This document shows positions 1 through 10,608 of a stretch of 32,180 nucleotides of DNA, one piece after another. Under the pieces are notes generated by a model that saw only the letters and a list, made by a program, of their open reading frames with translations, was not told the DNA's origin and did no database searches. The position numbers and the translations under genes are program-made. Every line of letters starts with the position of its first letter. The stretch's first letter is position 1. This stretch comes from Octopus sinensis (taxonomy: Eukaryota). The stretch spans positions 1-32,180 of the forward strand of contig NW_021832349.1 in the NCBI RefSeq assembly GCF_006345805.1, given 5' to 3'.

Positions 1-581
1 TGCAGCGATATACAAAACAGTATGTTATGCCAGCTATGAGGTCGTCTGCAACTCGTCAGCCGATCTTTATGCAGGGTAATGCTCCTTTTGGGCTGAAAAC
101 ATTTCTGTGATGCATTGACCAGCTCAGAGCCCGGACCTTAATCCCATTGAAAACTTATGGAAGATACTTGGTGGTAAGACGAGAGAACATCGATCTGCAA
201 ATGTTACAATTTTGAGAGAAAATCTTCAAGAGGAAATTGGGGAAATCCCGTGAACGGAGATGTGTTGAAGTCATTTCAAATAAAGTAATGTACACATCTT
301 ATTAATATTTTGGTGTGGATTGTAAAAATTTCTGGCAAAATTGTGATTTCTTGAATTTTACTCACGCATTCTCTGATTATGTTCATTGCGTTTTTTTTTT
401 TTTCAAATAAACATTTTTTTTTTCCTATTATAAATTATTTAGTTATAATTCTACGAAAATTTCTGTAAATAATGAAGATGCTTTAAAGTATAAACAGTAA
501 TAATCTCATTCGGAAAAATGAAGTAAAAAATGTGAATTGCCTTTATTTTTCGTTTCCGTTCTTTGATTTTGGCCGCTGCTG
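1..581 (+). mobile_element. Decayed Tc1/mariner (Tc1-type, DD34E) DNA transposon, 3' part
   Basis: 63-86 reads IFMQGNAP (cf. FxQDNAP, D>G). 116 onward reads *PAQSPDLNPIENLWKIL (cf. WPxQSPDLNPIENLW, W>TGA), in a different frame. Ends ...TTTTGGCCGCTGCTG|TA at 581-583, typical of a Tc1 right TIR plus TA target site. Confidence 0.85.
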
Positions 582-719
582 TAGAGAAGATATCGAGAGG
601 TTTATTTTTTCAGGAAGTTGACTGTTACGGTTGGTTACGGGGTCATGACATTCAACTTCCTAAAAATGATATCACTGCTGAAATACTTTAGTATGGGCCT
701 GCTTTTCAGATATATAAAC

Positions 720-769
<50 letters not shown>

Positions 770-1167
770 TCACACATACATAAGAGGATGAATACATACA
801 TATGTCACAGCACATCGTCCTATCTCACCGCTATTGTACAAGCCTCAACTTCTAAACCTTCCCCACCACACGCACGCACACGTGAACACACCACCGAACA
901 ACCCATTCTTGTACTGTTGCTTCTAGACATGGCGAACCAGCCTCGCAGAACAGCTGCAGCTATTTGTGCCACGGCTGTTGCGTAGACAAACAAACATACA
1001 CACACGTATTAATACATACTCTCTCTCTCTCTCCCTCTCTCCCTCTCTCTCTCTCTCTCTCTTTCCCTTTCTATCTCTGTAACTTAATACTTAGCACATT
1101 ACCAAAATCAGCTTCACTTACACAAGTCAAACGTCTCCATAATCTCGTGTACCTTTCGAAGCATATT

Positions 1168-1475
1168 CTTGCGTTTCAGTTCCGATCTGCAATTCCTAGA
1201 ACCGATATTAGCTTCTCTAAATCTCTCGGAAGTTCTTCAAAACTCTAGTAAATTCTACAAACTTCTCTGGAATTCCCAAAACCTATCTCAACTTATCTAA
1301 ATCTCCCTGAAATTCTTCAACTCTCCAAGAACTTGCGTTTCAGTTCCGATCTACAATTCTCTAAATCTCTCGGAAGTTCTTCAAAACTCTAGTAAATTCT
1401 ACAAACTTCTCTGGAATTCCCAAAACCTATCTCAACTTATCTAAATCTCCCTGAAATTCTTCAACTCTCCAAGAA
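1168..1475. repeat. Tandem duplication (164 bp + 144 bp) just upstream of the first coding exon
   Basis: 1168-1331 is repeated at 1332-1475, near-identical except that copy 2 lacks the 20 bp at 1196-1215. Confidence 0.9.
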
Positions 1476-1575
1476 CTTCTCAAGGAACTCTCTGGATTTC
1501 TATGAACACATCTGAACTTTTCTGATTCTGTTCAAAATCGTTTGTATTTCTCTGAAATTCTCAGAACCAACTCAA

Positions 1576-1737
1576 ATGGCTCCGACACCTCACAAAGATA
1601 AGCCAACAACTTACGAAGGAATAAAGAAGAAATGTCTGGCAGAAGGATCCCTTTTTGAGGACCTGGATTTTCCTGCAACATTCAGGTCCCTATTTTTGAA
1701 AACTGTACAAAAGGACCTTGTGTGGAAACGGCCGAAG
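1576..1737 (+). CDS. Calpain coding exon 1 (MAPTPHKD...FEDLDFPA...VWKRPK)
   Basis: ATG at 1576; 54 codons; donor AAG|GTGAGA at 1738, phase 0. A possible acceptor (ttctcag| ending 1564) suggests an upstream non-coding exon may exist. Confidence 0.88.
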
Positions 1738-1980
1738 GTGAGAATTAATGTCAGATTTTTATTCTTTTATTTGTTTCAGTCACTTGACTTTGGCCATGCT
1801 GGAGCACCGCCTTAAAGGAATTTTAGTCGAAGAAATCAACCCCAGGACCTAGTCTTTGTAAGCCTAGTACTTATTCTGTCGATCCTTTTTGCCGGTTGTC
1901 AACGCCAGTTGCAAGCGGTGGTGGACGGGAGTGGGGAGGCGAAAACAGACACAAACACACACATAAATATCTACATATAC

Positions 1981-2079
<99 letters not shown>

Positions 2080-2096
2080 CATACATACATACAGAC

Positions 2097-2150
<54 letters not shown>

Positions 2151-2436
2151 GACGGACTTCTATCAGTTTCCGTCTACCAAATCCACTCAGAAGGCTTTAG
2201 CGGAAGACACTTGCTCGAGGTGCCACGCAGCGGGACTGAGCCCGAAACCCTGGGTGGTTGGTAACACCTGCGTTTTTGTTTACCAATGTTTTTTAAGTTG
2301 GCGTTGTTGTTGTTGTTGTTTAGCCCCAAGACAGTCCTGACCCAGTGGTCCTTGTGATCAAACATGTTCCAGCTATGACCATCCTGTTTTTTATGCTGAC
2401 ATAATGAATCTAGGACTACATCATCTAATGTGTTCT

Positions 2437-2484
<48 letters not shown>

Positions 2485-2488
2485 TATA

Positions 2489-2535
<47 letters not shown>

Positions 2536-2951
2536 GTGTGTGTGTGTGTATGTATGTATGCATGTGTATTGTATATATATTATATATATCATATACATAT
2601 ATACATATCGTTTGGGGATTTGGTTTGCAAGCTTCTTTATGTGAGCTCGTGTGTCTCCCCAGACATGACAGACAGACAGACAGCTAGGTAAATAAGTACA
2701 CAAACTGTTGTTGAGAGACTCTGAAATCACAACCACAAATAGGTTCTGTCATTTCTTGAAAGAACTATTTTTAAAAAGCAAATATCACGTAATTAGCAGA
2801 CACGCCACGTGCTGATTTTATTGTGAGTTAACCTCTTTTGGCATCATACGTATGTGTATCTCAGCACAGGTAAAGCAGTACAGTGCGGCTATCTATTCAC
2901 TTTTGCGGTGTCTCTGTACGTATGTGTGTGTGTTGATTGAAATATATATAT

Positions 2952-3030
<79 letters not shown>

Positions 3031-3193
3031 ATATATAACATATATGTACGTACCTACCTCTACATGTACATATACACGCATATATGAGTACAGGACACCA
3101 AAAGGACATGGAACACAATGAGAAATGAAAACATAGACACAACCCAAGGAACTGGACATTTTTTAAAAACAGCATATATATATATTATATTAT

Positions 3194-3225
<32 letters not shown>

Positions 3226-5168
3226 ATATATTATTAGTGAATTGAAGAAATGGAGTTGAACGAAGATTGAACAGAATTCCTTTTATTGCATTCTACACAT
3301 GTTTCAAAAGCCACAATTTTCGAAATTCCGATTAAATAAGGATACCATATTGTGGCTTTCTCTTCAGGAAAAAATAGGAATTCCGTTGGCAGAACAAAAA
3401 CAGAACAGAGGCGCAGCAAAGCAATTCGAACGAGGAGGCTCTTTAAGAGCCCATGGCTGAACTGTTTATCAATGTACCTTGAAATCGGGTGGTGGGTGCG
3501 TTGAAGATATTTACAGGTCAGGCGGCGGTCAAATCCAGTAGGTGAGAGCAAGGGGTGTGGAGATGTTCTTTGTGATCAAAACAAAAGTTCTGAATATTTT
3601 AAGAATACTGGGTGTATTTTTGGGGGCGAGACAAAAACTACCTAGAAGCATGTATGTGTGTACTGGCCTATGTGTGCGCGGCCGTATGTTGGTAAAAGGC
3701 GCTACACAATAGTCACTGCTGAAAAATTCGTCAGGCGGCAGAAAATATTTTTTGTGTTCGTGTTTTCGTCTAGGCCTGCTTGTCAAAAAATTAACGTCGT
3801 CAAAGAATCCTAAGGGTATATAAAATTCCAGCGTTTGCTTCCAAAACAAAACACCATTCGCCTAATGGGAGTAATTTCCCCTTGCAAGGGTTATTCATAT
3901 ATTTCTTAAAAAGCTTTTTCAAAAATTATTTCCAAGGAATTATTTTCATTTTAGTAGGGTAACAGGGTGCTAATTGTCTTAGGTATCATTTATAAGCAAG
4001 ATAAGTATAACGCCGCCAATGGGGGCATCGAAAAGCCGACTGTAAAAGTCCGTTTACCAACCGGTCTCTGGCGAACAATATATGGAAAAGCTCAGAGACA
4101 CAAAGATTGCACTTCCTTCTGCTCCTATCAAATGGGAGGGCCACCGACAAAATCGACCATTCCAGCCTGAAACCTGAGTTCGCATTCTTCAAACGCCATA
4201 TAAGCTTGCTAAGTCCCGTAGCTTGGTATTTATTCACGTCGCGAAAAGTTGCGAAATGGTTGGAAATTCGCAAGGCAAATTTTGACGATGAGGCCCCGAC
4301 ATACGAGTAGACATCTGAGTCCGTGTAAACCTTGCATCGGTAAATGGCATTTCTGATCTTGGAGTTACTCGACAAGAACCTTATTCTATTGGGATTAGCT
4401 TCTGAAATTAGAACTGCGTTACTGTTACTATATTGATTGCGAGAACTGCGGCCGCTTACTACTTTATTTTCCTCAAAGTCACTATTAATTAACGGACTAA
4501 CTCCTGAGTCTTCCCTATCACTGAGAGCGCTGTAATTGCTAGTATCCGTGGGCCTGCTATTGCCGGAAACGATGCTGGAGTTGCTATTAGGACTCTCTAC
4601 ATTAATGACCCGAGCTGCGTTCACCTCACTATTGCCATTACTAACGTTAATGACATCACCATTTCTTCTATCGCTACGCCTAGTATTTAATCCCTGGTTG
4701 GTACTGAGATTATCAGTCACTGTACTGGCTCTCTTATCATTATTACTACTATTATTATTCCTACTGAGCGTTAAACTGGGAGCGGACGGAGCTGCGCCTC
4801 CGGACAAAGGTGGTAGGGTCTTAATAAGCAGCCTATTATTATGGGAGGCGATTATCTGGGAAAGGTTTTTTGTGTTGGAGAAAGCTATCCTACTTAGCGA
4901 GTTAACCGTGGAGTAATATTTGGAATTTTGGGGAAGTTACTGGCGATGGCTTGTCGAAACAGGAGGGGAAGGTTAGTTCTAATCTGCTACCAAAGGGAAT
5001 TACAAACCATATAGCTTATTCCTATTTATGTGATGGGTCGGGAACCGGCTCTCACATTAGGGTGGGTGATTCTAGAAGAATACGGGTTTGGGTTAGTGTG
5101 AACTCCCCCGGACCGATAATTATCTTTGTTCCCTAAATTAAATCCGGAAGTGCCTGCTCCAGCACTCC

Positions 5169-5266
<98 letters not shown>

Positions 5267-5279
5267 ATATATATATATA

Positions 5280-5340
<61 letters not shown>

Positions 5341-5872
5341 TATTATATATAATATATGTATATATATATATATGTATATTGCCCAGTGGTTAGGGCAGCG
5401 GACTCGCGGTCGTAGGATAACGGTTTCGATTCCCAGACCGGGTGCTGTGTGTGTTGATTGAGCGAGAACACCTGAAAGCTCCACGATGCTCCGGCAGGGG
5501 CGGGGTGGTGATCCCTGCTGTACCCTTTCACCACTCTTACTCCCACTCTTTCTTCTGTTGGCCTGCTCGTTTAGCCAGCGGGGTGGCGTCATTCGAAGGT
5601 TAAAACAATGCGAATGCATTGTGACCAGCGATGTGTAACTACATCTGATGGACTGGTCGGTCACGTGATCCCGTGATATATATATATATAATTATATAAT
5701 TATAAGTTATATTTTATATTTTATATGTCTATTTCATTGTCTAATTATATTTACTATATATTTTGTATAATGCCTTTACTGTTATGTAATGGTGTAATAA
5801 AGTATTGATTGGGTATCATCTGATGGTTGATATTTGATTGATTTAAGTATGTTTCTCCATTTTCTAATTTTG

Positions 5873-5938
<66 letters not shown>

Positions 5939-8900
5939 GGCCTGTCGTATATATATATGCATATTATTAATAGTAGGGAATATAAAATGCCAAGGCAACA
6001 GGGGGAAAACAAACTCAGTTTAGTAACACTAAATCAAATTTCACGATATATTATATAGAATTAAGATATATAACCTCCATTAAGTAATTCAATTAATACT
6101 GAAAGATATCATATAAATTTAAGTATATTATTATTAATATCGTGCTAAACATTTCTATGCTAAATAATATATATTAAAAATACACATTAAAAATGACAAC
6201 GTGCGTTTCGTGATTATGTATATGAATCTACAATATCAAAATCGATGATCGAAAATTAATATTTCTTTGATCCAACGATACATAGCCACTATTCAGGTCT
6301 CAATATCATAAAATAAATTTAAAACATATATGAAGGCGCTATAATTACATAATTTGATCTTAAGGCCAGTTGTGCGCAAGATTGTCTTGAATGCCTTACT
6401 TAATTCGTTCTTAGGTGTGGCGTCAACAAACATTATATTGTGAAATTTCTTGTTATCGTACCAAGTATTGCTTTTATTTCTTTTGTTGGTGTCCCTCTCT
6501 AACCTATTCCAGAACTTGTTGCGGTATAGGGGTCATATACCGTTTTTGTCATCTCTTAGAATACGTTCGAATCTTGCTTTCATCCTTTGTACACTCTGAC
6601 TCTATCGTACTGTGTGTATCCGGAACATTGTATTCGGAATATGTGGTGCTGGATGGGTTGTTGTCGTTCTTGTGGTTGGCATAGTGGGATACATTCCTCA
6701 TTACTCTAAGTTTGCCACGAGGATGTTGATCCTGGTAGTACTATATATATGTGTGTGTGTATCTCTATATATATAAAAGGCAGTTTGTCTGTCTGTGTGT
6801 CTGTCAGGTTGTACCCTCACCCTGACCACGGCTTTCAACCGATTCTGATGAAACTTGACACACACATAGCCCAATGTCATAATTCAAAACTAACGCAGCG
6901 AAAATTTTGAAAAGTTCCCCCAGTTCTGAAAAAAATCGATAAATTCGACATGGGGTCGAGAATCTAAGCTTATAAGCAACACATTTTCCGTTGTAGTTTT
7001 CGCAACTTGCAATCGATTTTCACCAAACTCATGATGAAGCTTAATGTTACCCTAAGGAACTTAATTCTGAGGTTAGTTTTCCATGCAATACCTTACCATC
7101 AGAAAAAATCGATAAAATTATGCCATTTTGGGAAATCGCGTTCAAATTCAAGATGACATATTTTCGACAATATCTTTAACAAATTGGCAGGAATTGTTTT
7201 TGAAATTCACAGCGAGCATCATTTCTGCTCCAAGGAGCTATATGGCCCTTTTGATTCCAATAGGATACGTTATTACTGGAAAAAATCGGTTAATTACATC
7301 ATATGTGGCACACATAGCAAACCGATTTTTCTGCGATATTTTTTGAAAGTTCACATAGATTTTCCCTACACCGATGTTGGACATGAAGTTTGCATTAAAT
7401 GTCAAACTAACGACCTTTTGTCAATGCAGTTAACAAGTATTGAGAGAAATCGACAAAGCCATATCACTTTGAGACCGACCATACGAACCCTACAAAACTG
7501 ACTTTTGTTAAATAGTTGGCGGATTTCAGGCACACATGCGCCTTCGTTCCCTAGAGGGAAAGGACGAGATCGGGATTAGTCGTTGCCTACTAGAGGCTCC
7601 TGAGCCCCCTTTCGCTAGACGTAAGTTAGGATTAGGTAGGGCTTAGTTGTGGTCCGAACCCAACTTGGGTTCGGGATGGGGGCAGTGTCAAAAGGGCCAG
7701 CATGTGCAACCTTATCACCTCTGCCGGTCAAACTCCCCACCCATGCGTTCCTGTCGCAACACTGATCCCGCAGAACTGGGTTGGGTGTGCTAAACAAAAC
7801 CAGAAAATGCACTTTGACTGTCAGATTTTCTTCATGCATGTAAGGGAATAGTGCATTGAATGCCTTAATGCCTTTTAGGCTTCATTTTACAAAATAACGG
7901 TTCAATGAGTACAAAAAAGGGTAAAAAGGTAAAGGGCATTGCTTATCGACAAAGTTTCTTACATACCCGGGCAACGCCGGGCTATGCTGCTAGTATATAT
8001 ATATAATAAACCTTTACATAAATAAATAACGTGAAATACACGAAGGGACGAACAAAAAGACAAACGGGTCATTCAAAGCCTTCATTCTTCAGTCAGAAAC
8101 TGATCCCTCATCGCAGATTTCGGCTCTTTAATTCTGAGATCCGCTCTGATTCAGCCAGCCACAGAAGGAGAGAATGCAACGCAACAGAGACGAACATGAA
8201 ACGAAAAATTTTTTTTCTGGAGACAGTAACGGTTAAAAACATGGATAACACAGGCGCCCTACGGCTTTGAGACAAAAAGAGAGACACAAAAACAATATCA
8301 GCAAGCGTGGAAAAATAATTACCTTTTCGGTGATAAGACACATGTTGAACAAGTGGCCGATGGAAACAGAATGGCTGAGGCAGCAAGTCGCAAGAGGGTA
8401 AGAGAGAGAAGGGGGTAAGAGAGAGAGGGGACCAAGGAGGGTGGAAGGCGAGGACAGAAGCAGTGACCGAGAGAGAGAGAGAGGGAGAGAAGGAATCAGA
8501 GAAGAAGCAGTGACCAAGAGAGAGAGGGAGAGAAGGAATCAGAGAGGCTGGGAGAAAAAGGCACCAAAACAATTTGGCAACGAAGCAATGGCGAAGGAAA
8601 GAAAATAGTTTAAAGACATCGTGCAGGGGTTTTGATATGATAAACATAAAGAAGTTATTATGCACGTACGCTGCGAAATATATAATAAACCTTTACATAA
8701 ATAAATAACGTGAAATACACGAAGGGACGAACAAAAAGACAAACGGGTCATTCAAAGCCTTCATTCTTCAGTCAGAAACTGATCCCTCATCGCAGATTTC
8801 GGCCGTTCAATTCTGAGATCCGCTCTGAATCAGCCAGCCACAGAAGGAAAGAATGCAACGCAACAGAGACGAACATGAAACGAAAAATCTTTTTTTTTTG

Positions 8901-9672
8901 TAGACAGTAACGGTTAAAACTACACATATATAACAGTAGCACTCCGTCGGGTTCCAGGTGATCTGATCAATGGAACAGCCTTCTCGTGAAATTAACGTGC
9001 AAGTGGATGAGCACTGAAAATACTCAGACACGTGTACCCTTAACGTAGTTCTCGGGGCAGAGTCAACATGACACAGGGTGTAACAAGGCTGGCCCTTTGA
9101 AATACAGATAGAAAGAGTGAGAAAAAGTTGTGGTGAAAGAGAATAGCAGGGTTCACCACCATCCACAACTGGAGCAACGTGGAGCGTTAGGTGTTTTCAC
9201 AGAATAAACACTGAAAACGCCCGGTCTTGGAATCGAAACCGCGATCCTACGACCACAAATCTGCTGCCCTAACCACTGGGCCATTGCGCCTCCACATATA
9301 TATATTTGTGAGTGTTTACTGAGCGAAAACACCTAAAAGCTCCACGTGACTCCAGCAGGGGCTGGTGGGGATCCCTGCTGTACTCTTCCGCTGCAACTTT
9401 CTCTCACTCTTTCTTCTGTTAGCCTGCCCGCTTAGCCAGCGGGGTGGCGTCATTTGAAGGCTAAAGCAATGCGAAGCGCATTGTGACCAGCGATGTGTAG
9501 CAACATCTGATAGACTGGTCGGTCTTGATGATCATGGAGATATAAGTATGTATGTATGTATGTATGTACGTACGTATTTATGTGTGTGTATATATATATT
9601 AATTTATCTATATCTATCTATATATATGTGTGTGTGTATATGTGTACATATATATGTATGTATATATATATA

Positions 9673-9703
<31 letters not shown>

Positions 9704-9781
9704 ATATATATATGTGTGTATATATATATATATATATTATATATATATGTGCGTGTGTGTACGTATATGTGTGTGTGTACG

Positions 9782-9842
<61 letters not shown>

Positions 9843-10282
9843 GAAGAGAGAGAGAGAGAGAGAGAGAGTACTGTTAATAATTAACTATGATAGTTCGACT
9901 AATTAGTTAATTATGGTTCAACTAATTAAACATGTGTTGCTCTTTTCCACAGGAACTAAAGAAGACAGCAGTGTTCATGCGAGAAGCCACCTACCGTGAT
10001 TTTAACCAAGGAGCCCTGGGTAAGTGGAAGTAAGGCGAACATTATTAGAGGAATAGAAATACTGACAGACGGACAGGCTGGTGTACGAACGGGAGGACGG
10101 AAGGACCGACGGACAGGTGGGCGTATAGACAAAGAGACGGACGGGTGGATGAACGGGTGGAGGGATAAAGAGACAGAGATATGTGTTGATGGTAAGATTG
10201 ATTGACAGGCAGACACGCAGATAGACGACACATACACAGACAGATAAACAAACATAGATAGATAGACAGACAGACAGACAGG

Positions 10283-10367
<85 letters not shown>

Positions 10368-10417
10368 GGATAGATAGATAGATAGATAGATAGGTATATA
10401 GATAGATAGATAGGTAT

Positions 10418-10471
<54 letters not shown>

Positions 10472-10492
10472 GGATGGATGGATGGATGGATG

Positions 10493-10532
<40 letters not shown>

Positions 10533-10534
10533 TG

Positions 10535-10608
<74 letters not shown>

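Larger units (their letters stand above)
3234..5167 (-). mobile_element. Penelope-like element (PLE) 3' remnant: post-RT linker, GIY-YIG endonuclease, 3' terminal region with hammerhead
   Basis: Minus-strand motifs [48 protein letters not shown] (cf. IWFNPPFS, TNIGKxFL, KxSYSCMPNxxSIISxHN), then [40 protein letters not shown] at 3282-3287. 5'-truncated against (TA)n. Confidence 0.85.

Noticed and set aside
900-985. Alternative first coding exon (ttctag|acATGGCGAACC...)
   Set aside because: The frame stops at TAG 983-985, there is no strong in-phase donor and no calpain similarity; it could still be 5' UTR.
1871-3159. YIYIYI-type ORFs here and in many other (TA)n tracts
   Set aside because: Dinucleotide-repeat artefacts.
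3234-3849. Two minus-strand ORFs of about 105 aa downstream of the GIY-YIG
   Set aside because: No recognisable motif, no ATG start; they fall within the PLE 3' region and overlap the hammerhead.
3986-4807. Bacterial or organellar homing endonuclease, or contamination
   Set aside because: Flanking PLE linker motifs, hammerhead and AATAAA place it in a Penelope-like element, and the context is clearly animal intronic DNA.
4536-4916. 126-aa Leu-rich + strand ORF
   Set aside because: Antisense shadow of the Ser/Asn-rich PLE frame.
5380-5450. tRNA genes at SINE heads (also 16100-16167, 16293-16360, 26190-26255)
   Set aside because: Only A/B-box-like segments with no complete cloverleaf; each continues into a shared SINE body.
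8090-8160. Hammerhead-like words (CTGAAGA on minus; CTGAATCA..GCCGAAA) in the 240-bp direct repeat
   Set aside because: No convincing stem II or cleavage triplet could be built in either copy.
7999-8919. CRISPR array or true LTR retrotransposon
   Set aside because: Only two long repeats, no regular spacers, no TG..CA ends, PBS or coding domains.
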